A DNA stretch of 64,000 bases from Candidatus Cloacimonadales bacterium (GCA_963663475.2 CAXXJV010000002.1:320001-384000); one strand, 5' to 3'; positions 49,024-60,149 are shown, counted from the first letter of the stretch. Made by a program: numbers and translations. The notes: generated by a model not told the origin, from the letters alone.

Positions 49024-50683
49024 ACCTGCCTGTTATCTTGTTATAATTTTATTTACCCTACTAAGTACTAGCTTATTTTGTGTTACTATAGTTGAGACTC
49101 AAATTAATGGTAATAAACTTGTAAGTGATAAAGAATTATATAATCTGTTAACTTTTCGTAATGGAAGTGAATTCAACTATCAAATAGCCAATCAATCTAT
49201 CAAGGCTATTGAAGATTATTACAAGAGTAAAGGTTATAGATTTGTTAATATAAAAGCAGTTGAAGCTATTCCTGTTGAATCAGACCAAGTTAAAGTAATT
49301 ATTAGTATTCAAGAATCATCACTTAATAAGATTTCTGATATAACTTTTACAGGTAATTATGCTATTAAAGACCTTGTTTTTCAAGAAATCCTAGCTCAAA
49401 AAGACCTAACAATTGATGATATTGGCATGATTAAGCAAATGATTATTGACCAATATTCAGTCAGATCATATTTCTTTACCCAAGTAGCTGTCGATAGCAT
49501 TAAGGAAACAGAGACTGGGGCACAAATAAACTTTAAAATTACTGAGAATAAACCTTTCAAACATAAATTTTTTAAATTTAAGGGTAATGCAGTAAGTAAA
49601 GATTATTCCTTGATTAAGATTTCACGACTTAATAGAAGTCAAAGCCTAACTCCCCAACTCATAAGTCAGGCAGAGAATAGATTGCTTGCTAAAAGCTACA
49701 TAAGAAAGGTTTCTATTGATCCTATAGATTTTGAAAGCTTGCTTATCGATATAACCGAAGGGAAGATGACTACTATCTCAGGTATTGCAGGCTATAATAG
49801 TAAGAATTCAGATTATCCTTTTAGTGGTTTTCTAAATTTTTCTTTCAATAACCTCTTTGGTAGTGATAGAAGATTGGATTTTAAATGGAATAAACTTACT
49901 GCAGATAGAACAGACCTTGCCCTTGCTTATCATGATTCTGGTTTGAAAGACTACTATTTCTCAGCTGATATAGATGTTAAAAGAACTGAATATGATACTT
50001 TAGCTACTCTTTCAGAGCTAGGACTTTCCCTTAATTATGACTTTACTTACCATGAGGTAGGACTTTATACTAAATATATAAATTACGATGTTATAGCCTC
50101 TAGCAGTCTAGAATCATCAGAAAAAATATCAGGTATTGGTGTTTTCTGGCAACAAAACTTCTTAGATAATCAAGTAAATCCTAGGTCTGGCTATCAAGCA
50201 AGATTTTCTATAGATTATAACATGAGCTCTCTTATAGAGGAAAACTATAATATCAGTCAGGGTTTTTTAACTTACGCTTTTTCACTTAATCCAAAATTAG
50301 TACTATTCAATAAGTTTTCTGCAAAATACTCAACAAAAAAAGATTTATCTTCCTATAATAGCTTTAAATTAGGTGGTTTTAATTCTCTAAGAGGTTTTCA
50401 GGAAGAACAATTTTCCGGATATTTCATTAGCTGGAATAATCTAGAAATTAGGTATTTATTTGGCAATACTAACAGTCTATTTGTCTTTGGAGATCTAGCT
50501 TATTTAGAAAGCTCTGAATTAGGGCAGATAAGAAAAATGGGTAATCTCTACTCTTTAGGTTTAGGCATGAGAATTGCTACTCGCCTAGGTAATCTAACCT
50601 TTGAATATGGTCTAGGATATAATGATGGATGGAACTCACTATACGACGGCTTAATCCATTTCGGTCTAGAAACAAGTTTTTAA
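49016..50683 (+). CDS. Omp85 (BamA/TamA-like) protein
   Basis: POTRA-like repeats, NLFG, GGFNSLRGF, terminal F. Confidence 0.85.
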   Translation: MNRPACYLVIILFTLLSTSLFCVTIVETQINGNKLVSDKELYNLLTFRNGSEFNYQIANQSIKAIEDYYKSKGYRFVNIKAVEAIPVESDQVKVIISIQESSLNKISDITFTGNYAIKDLVFQEILAQKDLTIDDIGMIKQMIIDQYSVRSYFFTQVAVDSIKETETGAQINFKITENKPFKHKFFKFKGNAVSKDYSLIKISRLNRSQSLTPQLISQAENRLLAKSYIRKVSIDPIDFESLLIDITEGKMTTISGIAGYNSKNSDYPFSGFLNFSFNNLFGSDRRLDFKWNKLTADRTDLALAYHDSGLKDYYFSADIDVKRTEYDTLATLSELGLSLNYDFTYHEVGLYTKYINYDVIASSSLESSEKISGIGVFWQQNFLDNQVNPRSGYQARFSIDYNMSSLIEENYNISQGFLTYAFSLNPKLVLFNKFSAKYSTKKDLSSYNSFKLGGFNSLRGFQEEQFSGYFISWNNLEIRYLFGNTNSLFVFGDLAYLESSELGQIRKMGNLYSLGLGMRIATRLGNLTFEYGLGYNDGWNSLYDGLIHFGLETSF

Positions 50684-50697
50684 ATCAAAATAAGTTA

Positions 50698-50987
50698 TTC
50701 TTCTCTAAAGCTCTACTGCACCATTCGGATTAAACTTGAACCATTTTTTTTCATTCAACTTTTATAATCTGGGATAATGATTGACAAGTAGTCTGCTTTA
50801 GTAATACTTGATATATTAATCCAATTAAGGACTAAGAGCTTTGATAAGAGCTTATTGAGATTAAACCCAATAAAGCAGTAGGTTTTTGTGAACAGAAGAA
50901 TCTGCACTTATTTCAAAATCCTACTACACTACTTGGTTAAATCAATCTGCACTCTTCAGCAAAGTTCTACTACACTATCTGGATTAA
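50698..50987. repeat. Partial copies of family B arms upstream of dpaL
   Basis: Right-arm matches near 50698-50733, 50899-50940, 50944-50987; left-arm-like near 50864-50895. Confidence 0.7.
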
Positions 50988-51010
50988 AAAGATAATTTGT
51001 GGAGGAAACT

Positions 51011-52228
51011 ATGAATGAAATTAAATGGGTAGAAAACACTAATCCTAACTACAATAAAACTTACTTTTCTAATAGATTATTTCCTAGAGATATAAGTAGT
51101 AAAACAAGAAGTTTTCATGATTCTATTCCTGCTTTTGAGATTACCCCGCTAAAATGTCTTAGAAAGATGGCATCTTATATTGGTGTAGGGGGAATCTGGG
51201 TAAAAGATGAATCTTGTCGTTTACATCTTAATTCTTTTAAAGTATTAGGTGGGTCTTATGCTATCTATCGCTTTTTAAAGAAACGTTTAGCTATGAAGGA
51301 AGATTTTACCTATGAGCAACTTATTTCTCCAGAGTTTAAGAAACAAACAGGACAAATCACTTTTGCGACTGCTACTGATGGTAATCACGGGCGGGGAGTA
51401 GCTTGGGCTGCTAGTAAGTTAGGCCATAAATCGGTAATTTATGTTCATAAAAACACTTCTCAGCCTAGAATAGATGCGATTAAATCTTATGGTGCTGTAG
51501 TTAAAGTAGTAGATGGTAATTACGATGATGCAGTGGAACAAGTAAGTATTGATGCTAAGAAAAATGCTTGGGAGATAATATCTGATACTTCCTGGCCAGG
51601 ATATGAGGAAATACCAAGCTGGATTATGCAAGGCTACACTACCATTGTTTCTGAAGTTCAGGAGCAGTTGGGAGCTCAAGGAATACTATACCCTAGCCAT
51701 ATCTTTGTCCAGGCTGGAGTTGGAGCTTTAGCTGCAGCAATACTTGGTCATTATCATGCTATACTAGGTGAAAATTCACCTACCTGCATTGTGGTTGAAC
51801 CTGATAAAGCAGCTTGCTTATATGAGAGTATGAGAATTGGAGATGGTAAAGCCCATAATTTCCCAGGAGACTTAGATTCAATCATGGCTGGTTTAGCTTG
51901 TGGAGATCCCAGTCCTATAGCTTGGGATGTCTTAGTAGAATCTGCTGATGTTTTTATCTCTGCCAAAGATTATATTGCGGCTGAAGGTATGAGAATGTAT
52001 GCAGTTCCTCTTAAAAGTGATCCCTTTGTTGTAAGTGGAGAATCTGGAGCTGTTACTCTGGCGACCTTAAAACATATTATGCTTGACCCTGATTTAGAAG
52101 ATTTAAGAAAGAAACTGAAATTAGATTCTAAGTCTAAGGTTCTCTTGATAAATTCAGAAGGAAATACTGATCCAATCAACTTCAGAAGAGTGGTCTGGGA
52201 AGGTTCTAAACCTCTTCCTCATAGATAA
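51011..52228 (+). CDS. dpaL: Diaminopropionate ammonia-lyase
   Basis: KDES..SFKVLGGSYA, ATDGNHGRG, SDTSW, QAGVG, MAGLACG. Confidence 0.92.
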   Translation: MNEIKWVENTNPNYNKTYFSNRLFPRDISSKTRSFHDSIPAFEITPLKCLRKMASYIGVGGIWVKDESCRLHLNSFKVLGGSYAIYRFLKKRLAMKEDFTYEQLISPEFKKQTGQITFATATDGNHGRGVAWAASKLGHKSVIYVHKNTSQPRIDAIKSYGAVVKVVDGNYDDAVEQVSIDAKKNAWEIISDTSWPGYEEIPSWIMQGYTTIVSEVQEQLGAQGILYPSHIFVQAGVGALAAAILGHYHAILGENSPTCIVVEPDKAACLYESMRIGDGKAHNFPGDLDSIMAGLACGDPSPIAWDVLVESADVFISAKDYIAAEGMRMYAVPLKSDPFVVSGESGAVTLATLKHIMLDPDLEDLRKKLKLDSKSKVLLINSEGNTDPINFRRVVWEGSKPLPHR

Positions 52229-52518
52229 GTATAGAGGATTTATGTATGTGTAAATGCACAAGAGTGACCATTTGTCAGCAAGGGGTGCAAACCCCTTGTA
52301 TGATGAGAAGGGATGTAAATAGCCCTAGGTGGTCGATATTAATTTCTCTCAATTCACAATGAGTAAAAATCAAGAAAAATTAACAATTGCTTACCTATCT
52401 ATAAATTTATACTTTAAGCACCATTTGACATAGAAAATAATTTATAAATAAAAATTTATTTGACAGTAAATATAAAATGTCTCATTATTGCCTCAAAATT
52501 ATGAGAGGAGTTTTTTTA

Positions 52519-55500
52519 ATGAGAAATACTAAGTACTTTTTATTGATAATAATGATAAGCCTGTTTGGATTTATGAATCTGAATGGACAAGCTACAGACC
52601 TATTTATTTCTGAATATATCGAAGGTAGTGGAACTTATAACAAGGCTCTCGAATTATTCAACGGTACAGGTAGCTCTGTGAATTTAGATACTTATTCAAT
52701 TTCTATTTATACAAATGGATCGTCAAGTGCTAGTTATACATTAGCTTTATCTGGGGACTTAGCGAATAATGATGTTCTTGTGATATCTAGAGCTTCCGCA
52801 GATGCCCAAATTCAAGAAGTTACCGATATTGAAGATGCTTCACTAAACAACTTCAATGGAGATGATGCAATTGCTTTACTAAATAATGGTATTGTTATCG
52901 ATGTTTTTGGTACAATTGGGGTTGATCCTGGTTCATCTTGGCCTCTTCCAGGGATAGGTAATAATACTAAAGATCATACATTAGTAAGGAAATCTTCTGT
53001 TTCTTCTCCTAATTCGACTAATTCAGCTTCCTTTGGAACTACAACAGAGAATTCAGAGTGGGATGTTTATGAGCAAAATACCTTTTCTTTTATTGGTTCT
53101 CATACTTTTGGTGCAACAGGAAATTTAGCTCCAGTAATTTCTAATATAGTTATAGATCCAGAAACAAATATTGATTATTTAGAAACAGTTTCAGTTTCAG
53201 CAGATGTTACAGATGATGATACAGTATCAAGTGTTGTATTAAACTGGGGAACTACTAGTGGTAGTTTAACTAATCAAATTACTATGAATAATAGTGGTTC
53301 AACTTATACTACTCTATCTGATATTCCTGCACAAGCAAAGAGTACAACAGTTTATTATCAAATTACCGCAACTGATAATGACTCAGCAACAAGCACTTCA
53401 ACTGAAGCAAGTTATACTGTATTAAGCAATGTTCTCCCAATCATAACAAACATTGGTCAAACTCCTACTGCAAATATTACTTCATCTACAGCAGTTTCAA
53501 TTTCAGCAGATATTACAGATAATGATGGCACAATAATTGGTGCTGAATTACACTGGGGAACATCTACAGGTACTTTATCAAACACTATTGATATGTCTCC
53601 TTCTTCAGGAGATACTTATGTAACCGATTCAGAAATTCCTGTTCAACTTAATGGTACAACAGTTTATTATGAAATTTATGCCTTAGATAATGATAGCGGA
53701 GAGACTACTTCTTCAGAACAAAGCTATGAAGTTCTCGACCCTTTACCTTTAGATGCCGATTTCTCTGCTAATTCAACAAATGTTTATGTTGACCAAGAGG
53801 TAACTTTTACAAATGCAACAAGCGGTGGTTCAATACCATATTCATTCAGTTGGAATTTCGGGGACTCTAACACTTCAACAACAGAAAATCCTACCCATAC
53901 TTATGGTTCAACAGGCACATATACGGTTGAACTTACTGTAACTGATGCCAACTCAGCAAGTGATACTGAAACAAAATTAGGATATATCACAGTTGAAGAA
54001 GCTCCTGAAGGTGCTACTGATTTGTTCTTCTCAGAATATATTGAAGGCTCTTCAAATAATAAAGCTATTGAAATTTTCAATGGTACAGGTGCTCCTGTAT
54101 CTCTTTCTGATTATTCCTTAAAACAATATAATAATGGTGCTACAGACTTAAGCGGGACAACCTATGAAGTAACTTTAAGTGGCACTTTAGCTAATAATGA
54201 TGTTTATGTTGTCTATAATTCAAATGCGGGAAGTAATATAACTTCAGTCGGAGATCAGTCAGGAGCTAGTGTCACAAACTTTAATGGTGATGATGCTATT
54301 GCATTAATTAAAAATGATGTAGTGATAGATGTTATTGGTGAAATTGGGAATGACCCAGGTACTGCTTGGCCTGTTGCTGGAACTTCTAATGCTACTGCAG
54401 AACATACTTTAGTTCGAAAATCTTCTATTGCTTCCCCTACAGCTGATTGGGCTGTTTCAGCAGGAACTACAGCTGAAAATTCTCAATGGATTGTTTACGA
54501 TCAAGACGAAACATCTTATCTTGGTGCTCATGTATTTACTTATGATGTACCTACCGAATTTTCGGTTAATTTTGAAGCAGACCTTACTTCAGGCGACCAA
54601 CCTTTAACAGTAAATTTCACTAGTTCAGTTTCTGGAGGAACTTCACCATATCTTTATAGCTGGGATTTCGACGGTGATGAAGAAGAAGATTCAACTTCTG
54701 ATAATCCTTCTTATACTTTTACAGAGGCAGGAACATATACAGTATCACTTTATGTGATAGATGATGAAGCAAGAGATTCACTTCATGTTAAAACAGGGTA
54801 TATTACAGTAAACAGTACTAGTATAGAGTCCTATTATGCTTCGATTACTGAAACTTCCGGACAAGCCTTGAAAACACAGCTTCATAATTTAATTGCGACT
54901 AATACTTTAACAAATTATGATGCTTCTCGAGAAGCTATGTATAGCACAATAGATAATATTAATGGTAAGGTAACAGGAGTATACTCTGGACTTGAGGTTG
55001 CCCATACTTATGGAACAACTTCCACTCCCGCGGGTATAGATTGTGAACATTCTTATCCTCAAAGTTGGTTAGAGGCGTATGAATCTGCAAGTGATTATGC
55101 GATAGCAAGAACAGATATACACCATTTATTCCCAACTAAATCTGAAGTAAATTCTTCAAGAGGAAATCTTCCTTTTGATAATGTTAACTCCGTATTAAAC
55201 AGCTGGTCTGAAGCAAGTGGTTATGTATCTTATCGAGGAACAAATATTGATGGTGAGACAGTTTTTGAAGTTGCAGATCAACACAAGGGAAATACAGCAA
55301 GGGCTATGTTATATATGAATACTCGTTGGAATTTGCCATTATCAGATGATGGTTCAACAACAGGCTTAAATATCGACATGTTGCCTACCCTTCTTCAGTG
55401 GCATGAAGCAGATCCAGTGGACCAAGCTGAAATTGATAGAAATGAAGGTATTTATGATTATCAAGGTAATAGAAATCCATTTGTTAATCATCCTGAATGG

Positions 55501-57765
55501 GTAACAGCCATATATGGCTCAGCAACAAATCCACAAGTGGCTACTCCTACTATTTCTCCAGCTTCAGGTAGTTTTGTTAATTCAGTGGAAGTAGCAATAT
55601 CTTGTCTAACAAATGGTGCTTCTATCTATTATACAACTAATGGAGATACTCCTACTACAAGCTCAACGCTTTATGAAAATCCTTTCGCCATTACTGAATC
55701 AGCAACTATCAAAGCTATTGCTTCCAAAGTGGGTTTTGATGATAGCGGGATTGCTACAGCAACATATACTTTATCAGAAAATCAATCCGTAGCAAGTGAC
55801 CTCTTTATTTCTGAATACATAGAAGGTGCTTCAGGTAGTAACAAAGCCCTGGAAATCTTCAATGGTACAGGTTCTGATGTTGATTTAAGTGCTTATTCAG
55901 TTAAATTAGGAAATAATGGTACAAGTTGGGACTCTCCGATAAGCTTGACAGGTACTCTCACTAACAACTCAGTATATGTTATTGCTAATTCTTCTGCTGA
56001 AGATACAGGCATTATAGAAGCAGCTAACCTTTCAAATGGATCTTTATCCTTTAATGGTAATGATGCAGTTGGTTTATTTAAAAATGATGTTCTAATTGAT
56101 ATTATTGGTATTTATGAAAATGACCCTGGTGCTGCTTGGGACGTTGCAGGTACTACAGAAGCTACAGAAGATCATGTCTTAGTCAGAAAATCTTATGTAA
56201 GTCAAGGAAATACTGATTGGACTACTTCTGCTGGAACAGATGCAAGTGATTCAGAATGGCTTGTATATGCAAATGCTACTTATGACTATCTTGGAAATCA
56301 TAGTTTTACACCTCTAACTGTAGATTTTTCAGCAGATCTAACTTCGACAACAGCAGGTACTACAATTCAATTTACTGCGAATGTAAGTGGTGGCTCAAGC
56401 CCTTATGTTTATGAGTGGGACTTTAATAATGATGGAGTTGCTGAATCAATGTCAGCTAATCCTAATCATATCTACAATGTAGCTGGAACTTATTCAGTTT
56501 CTCTCTATGTTCTTGATAACAATTTTGATGAAAGAACCTTGGTTAAGAATGATTATATAACCATAGCATCAAATATTGTTTATGCAGATGATTTAATAAT
56601 CTCTGAATATGTTGCAGGTAGTGGAAATAATAAGTCTCTGGAAGTCTATAATGGAACAGGTCAAACAGTAGACTTATCTAACTACTCTATCAGAATTTCT
56701 AACCCAGGAGGGTCTTGGGCTCAAACACTAAATTTATCTGGGAATTTAGAAAATGATGCTGTTTATGTCTTAGCTCATCCTAGTGCAAGCGCTAGTGTCT
56801 TAAACTTGGCTTCAACTACCAATGCAAGCCTTGCATTTAATGGAAAAAATGCAATTGGCTTGTTCAAGAGTGATAGTCCAATAGATATAATTGGAGTAGC
56901 TAATGCTTCTCCAGCTGGTAATGCAGATGGGTGGACTGTTGCCAATATTGCTAATGCTACAGCTTCAAGAACTCTTGTTAGGAAAAGTAGTATAAGAGCT
57001 GGTAATACTAATTCTGAAACATGGACTAGTGGTGGTACAAAAAATGGAACAACAACTCCAGATTCAGAGTGGACAGTCTTTGAACAGGATTCTTTTGGCG
57101 ATTTAGGAAACCATGATTTCGATTTTGGAGATGAAACTCTTCCTGTAACATTAACCTCATTTACATCATCAATGACATATAGTGGTTTAGGTCAAGCTAT
57201 GGTGTCTATTCAATGGAAAACTGAAGCTGAAAGTGGGCTTATTGGCTATAATGTTCTTAGGAGTATGAATCCATTCTATGAGAGTGCAATAAGGGTTAAT
57301 CAAGAAATTGTTTCAGCCAATAACAGTCTTGTGGGAAATAGCTATTCTTACATTGATCAAAATGTTCAACTTCATAACAACTACTATTATTGGTTGGAAT
57401 CAGTTGAGCTATCCAATGAAAATGAGACTTTTGGACCTATCCATATCAAAGTTGTGGGATATAACTCAGATAGTGTTACTGTTCCTTATAAAACTAGTTT
57501 GAGAAGTATTTACCCAAATCCATTTAATCCTTCCACTACTGTTAGATTTTATGTTAATACAACTGATAGAGTTAACATAAAAGTCTATAACATCAGAGGA
57601 CAGGAAATTAAACAATTGACTCAGGAAGTTTACCAGCCTGGATTTTATAAGGTAATTTGGAATGGTAAAGATGAAAATGAAAATAGATGTGCATCTGGTA
57701 TTTATCTTTTCAAGATGGAAACAACAAGAGAGAGTCAGTTAATCAAAGGTATTTTAGTAAAATAG
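52519..57765 (+). CDS. Large secreted endonuclease I-type protein with lamin-tail, PKD and FlgD-Ig domains
   Basis: Four DLxxSEY..NK.(L/I)E domains, three PKD-like units, CEHSYPQS/DIHHLFP/NSSRGN/QGNRNPF nuclease, YPNPFNP tail. Confidence 0.88.
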   Translation: MRNTKYFLLIIMISLFGFMNLNGQATDLFISEYIEGSGTYNKALELFNGTGSSVNLDTYSISIYTNGSSSASYTLALSGDLANNDVLVISRASADAQIQEVTDIEDASLNNFNGDDAIALLNNGIVIDVFGTIGVDPGSSWPLPGIGNNTKDHTLVRKSSVSSPNSTNSASFGTTTENSEWDVYEQNTFSFIGSHTFGATGNLAPVISNIVIDPETNIDYLETVSVSADVTDDDTVSSVVLNWGTTSGSLTNQITMNNSGSTYTTLSDIPAQAKSTTVYYQITATDNDSATSTSTEASYTVLSNVLPIITNIGQTPTANITSSTAVSISADITDNDGTIIGAELHWGTSTGTLSNTIDMSPSSGDTYVTDSEIPVQLNGTTVYYEIYALDNDSGETTSSEQSYEVLDPLPLDADFSANSTNVYVDQEVTFTNATSGGSIPYSFSWNFGDSNTSTTENPTHTYGSTGTYTVELTVTDANSASDTETKLGYITVEEAPEGATDLFFSEYIEGSSNNKAIEIFNGTGAPVSLSDYSLKQYNNGATDLSGTTYEVTLSGTLANNDVYVVYNSNAGSNITSVGDQSGASVTNFNGDDAIALIKNDVVIDVIGEIGNDPGTAWPVAGTSNATAEHTLVRKSSIASPTADWAVSAGTTAENSQWIVYDQDETSYLGAHVFTYDVPTEFSVNFEADLTSGDQPLTVNFTSSVSGGTSPYLYSWDFDGDEEEDSTSDNPSYTFTEAGTYTVSLYVIDDEARDSLHVKTGYITVNSTSIESYYASITETSGQALKTQLHNLIATNTLTNYDASREAMYSTIDNINGKVTGVYSGLEVAHTYGTTSTPAGIDCEHSYPQSWLEAYESASDYAIARTDIHHLFPTKSEVNSSRGNLPFDNVNSVLNSWSEASGYVSYRGTNIDGETVFEVADQHKGNTARAMLYMNTRWNLPLSDDGSTTGLNIDMLPTLLQWHEADPVDQAEIDRNEGIYDYQGNRNPFVNHPEWVTAIYGSATNPQVATPTISPASGSFVNSVEVAISCLTNGASIYYTTNGDTPTTSSTLYENPFAITESATIKAIASKVGFDDSGIATATYTLSENQSVASDLFISEYIEGASGSNKALEIFNGTGSDVDLSAYSVKLGNNGTSWDSPISLTGTLTNNSVYVIANSSAEDTGIIEAANLSNGSLSFNGNDAVGLFKNDVLIDIIGIYENDPGAAWDVAGTTEATEDHVLVRKSYVSQGNTDWTTSAGTDASDSEWLVYANATYDYLGNHSFTPLTVDFSADLTSTTAGTTIQFTANVSGGSSPYVYEWDFNNDGVAESMSANPNHIYNVAGTYSVSLYVLDNNFDERTLVKNDYITIASNIVYADDLIISEYVAGSGNNKSLEVYNGTGQTVDLSNYSIRISNPGGSWAQTLNLSGNLENDAVYVLAHPSASASVLNLASTTNASLAFNGKNAIGLFKSDSPIDIIGVANASPAGNADGWTVANIANATASRTLVRKSSIRAGNTNSETWTSGGTKNGTTTPDSEWTVFEQDSFGDLGNHDFDFGDETLPVTLTSFTSSMTYSGLGQAMVSIQWKTEAESGLIGYNVLRSMNPFYESAIRVNQEIVSANNSLVGNSYSYIDQNVQLHNNYYYWLESVELSNENETFGPIHIKVVGYNSDSVTVPYKTSLRSIYPNPFNPSTTVRFYVNTTDRVNIKVYNIRGQEIKQLTQEVYQPGFYKVIWNGKDENENRCASGIYLFKMETTRESQLIKGILVK

Positions 57766-57792
57766 ATATCATGTTAGCTTTAATAAATTATA

Positions 57793-57819
57793 TAAGCCCT
57801 GTCATTTGTACAGGGCTTA
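57793..57819. terminator. Hairpin after nuclease gene
   Basis: TAAGCCCTGT-CATTTGT-ACAGGGCTTA. Confidence 0.6.
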
Positions 57820-57870
57820 CATACCTTGCTGGCAAATAAGAAAATAATTTTCTTCCCTATCCATCCCTAA

Positions 57871-57931
57871 TCCTTCCTTTACAGTCTTTCGATGAAAGTC
57901 CCAGTTTCATCGAAAGACTGTAAAGGAAGGA
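57871..57931. repeat. Palindromic element family A (opposite orientation)
   Basis: Perfect 27-bp arms identical to the 33386 copy; loop GTCCCAG. Confidence 0.93.
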
Positions 57932-58003
57932 ATAAGGAAGGAATAAGAAAGAAAGATGGTTTTTTAACCCAGTAGAACTTGCTTTAATAATCAACAATTT
58001 TAC

Positions 58004-58969
58004 TTATTCAAACATGTCTATCATCCTTAACTGCTGATTAAATCCATTAACTTTAACCATGATAGGCTTATTATTAGGTCTATACATAAGTTTATTATAA
58101 ATTTCATTCACTTTATTAATTGAGTTCATATCAATTCCGCTTAACTCAATTTCATCTCCAACTTGAAGATTATTAGGGCAATTCTCTCGAATATGTTCAA
58201 CAAAAATCTTGTTATCAATAATTTTGATTTGGATTCCAGGACTATAACTGTCTTCAATATTAAGAAGGGGAGTGGAAAGAGAATCTTTAAATTTTAATTT
58301 TGAATTAGCTACATCAATAAGAACTTTATACTTAGAAGCAAAATTCATACCCAAGATATATCTGAAAGGGATTACTGGCATATCAGAAGTTTCTCCGAAG
58401 AGATGCTTACCTCTGAAAGTTCCATCAAGATAAAGTTCAATATCTTTAGAGAAATTCATGGACTTTGTTCCCATAAAAGAGACAAATCTCCAATTTAATG
58501 AAGTGGGGTAATCTGAGAAGATCGGCTTAAATGACATGCATTGGAAGGCTCCAGTATCAAAAACGGTTAATGCCTCATAATCTTCCTGTATTGGAGCCAT
58601 TGATGTTATTATAAACTGAGAGAAATGACATTTTAACTCAAAATCAGCGTAAAAATCTGATCTATTAAACTCAATAGTTTCATCTCTCACATCAATAAGA
58701 ACATTATCAAAAGCCATGATAAAATCAAGACCCAAGATGCCTGCTACTTCAATGCCTACTAGGTGAGAAAGTTCTTGCAAAACTTCCGAAAATTCAAGGT
58801 CTCCCAGAGAGAGAGTGAAGGGAAAATTAAGCTCTAAATCATCAGAAGTAATCTCATCAATTTCTTTAGAGAAAGAAAAAGGACAACCAGAATCTAAAAA
58901 CATGTAGTAAGTTTCACCATTTCGTTGAACAGGTATAAAAATAGTGTTTAACAAAGATATAATTTTCAT
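58004..58969 (-). CDS. Two-domain retropepsin-like aspartyl protease with PDZ-like tail
   Basis: FLDSG..GILGLDF, FDTGA..ILGMNF, LQVGDEI; GGAGG before ATG 58969. Confidence 0.75.
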   Translation of the reverse strand: MKIISLLNTIFIPVQRNGETYYMFLDSGCPFSFSKEIDEITSDDLELNFPFTLSLGDLEFSEVLQELSHLVGIEVAGILGLDFIMAFDNVLIDVRDETIEFNRSDFYADFELKCHFSQFIITSMAPIQEDYEALTVFDTGAFQCMSFKPIFSDYPTSLNWRFVSFMGTKSMNFSKDIELYLDGTFRGKHLFGETSDMPVIPFRYILGMNFASKYKVLIDVANSKLKFKDSLSTPLLNIEDSYSPGIQIKIIDNKIFVEHIRENCPNNLQVGDEIELSGIDMNSINKVNEIYNKLMYRPNNKPIMVKVNGFNQQLRMIDMFE

Positions 58970-59050
58970 TTTTACCTCCAAGTAATCATTTAAAAATTAT
59001 AAAACAATGAAAATGATCATTAGCTAATTTGTCAAATAAAATATTTAAAT

Positions 59051-59839
59051 TTATGTAATCTTATAGAAGTTTTTATTCCTTTTATAAAAAGATAAAAATC
59101 CATCATAACTAATTCTTTTCCTATCTTCATAAGGAAAGATAAATCTATTTTGTTTATCAATGAGTTTATCATAACCTTCCCATTTTTGAGAATTACTAAC
59201 AAAGTAAGTTGGAAGTAGGTTCTCATCTTTAGGATAATGAACCGATCTATAAAGTATGGAATTAGCATGATAGAAGCAAGTCCAATTGCCACCAAAGCCA
59301 GTTCCTGGTTGAATAACAGCCATGATTAAGGGTGTCATTTTATGATATAAATATAGTGCCTGATAGGCAAAAGCACCTTCAAATTTGAGAAAGAGTATTG
59401 ATAATCTATGGGGACCATGTTCTTCTGTAAAATCTGCCTTTCTTTCAAATATATTCCAAATAGCAAAAGGTCTATTTCTCATAAGTTGCTTAGTGATACC
59501 ATTAAATTTTTCCTCTCTTTCACTAGGGTCAATAAAATCTGGTTCTACAAATCTGGATAAGTCAGCTGGTGTTAGCCTATCTTCACTAATCTCTTCTTGA
59601 TAAATTAACTTATAACCTCTTAGCCCCAGTCTGGTTTCTCTATGAATATCGTCTCTTGTATATCTATAATCAACATAGATGAAAGAATATACATTACCTG
59701 CTAAATATCTAACAGGATTTCCGTCAAACCAATTGGCTGGGTAGTAACATGAATCTTTTAGCAGATTCTTAATATTAAAAGTAAAATTGTCATATCTTAA
59801 CCAGTCTGGATATGGTGCTTTCTCAATTGAATTTAACAT
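59051..59839 (-). CDS. Hypothetical protein, paralogue of 61393-62289
   Basis: Shared YYP..WFDG.PVRYLAGNVYSFIYVDY and IQPGTGFGGNW. Confidence 0.85.
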   Translation of the reverse strand: MLNSIEKAPYPDWLRYDNFTFNIKNLLKDSCYYPANWFDGNPVRYLAGNVYSFIYVDYRYTRDDIHRETRLGLRGYKLIYQEEISEDRLTPADLSRFVEPDFIDPSEREEKFNGITKQLMRNRPFAIWNIFERKADFTEEHGPHRLSILFLKFEGAFAYQALYLYHKMTPLIMAVIQPGTGFGGNWTCFYHANSILYRSVHYPKDENLLPTYFVSNSQKWEGYDKLIDKQNRFIFPYEDRKRISYDGFLSFYKRNKNFYKIT

Positions 59840-59840
59840 A

Positions 59841-60107
59841 TTAACTCCTTGATATATTGCTTTTCTTGTCTTGGATACTTTTATCTAATTCCCAGATTTT
59901 GAGTCTATTTTTACTGTTAATTTTCTTTAGTAAATTTTGGTGTTTATTCCAATCGTGAAACATGGTGTTTGTTACGAATATATCGGGAAAATACTTGGCT
60001 TCATCTTTGTATATTACAGATCTATAAAATAATTTTTCATTATCATAGTAATTAGTATAATTTCCTCCAAATCCATGACCAGGCTGAATAACTGCTAAAA
60101 TATCTAG
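59841..60107 (-). pseudogene. 3' fragment of a third paralogue of the same family
   Basis: Translates LDILAVIQPGHGFGGNYTNYYDNEKLFYRSV...SRS*, with an in-frame TGA just upstream and no N-terminal part. Confidence 0.85.
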
Positions 60108-60149
60108 TCATGCCATTATGTCCAATACAACAGTAACGGTTATGGGGAG

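Noticed and set aside
50820-50990. SAM or other riboswitch upstream of dpaL
   Set aside because: Conserved riboswitch cores not found; sequence is explained by family B fragments
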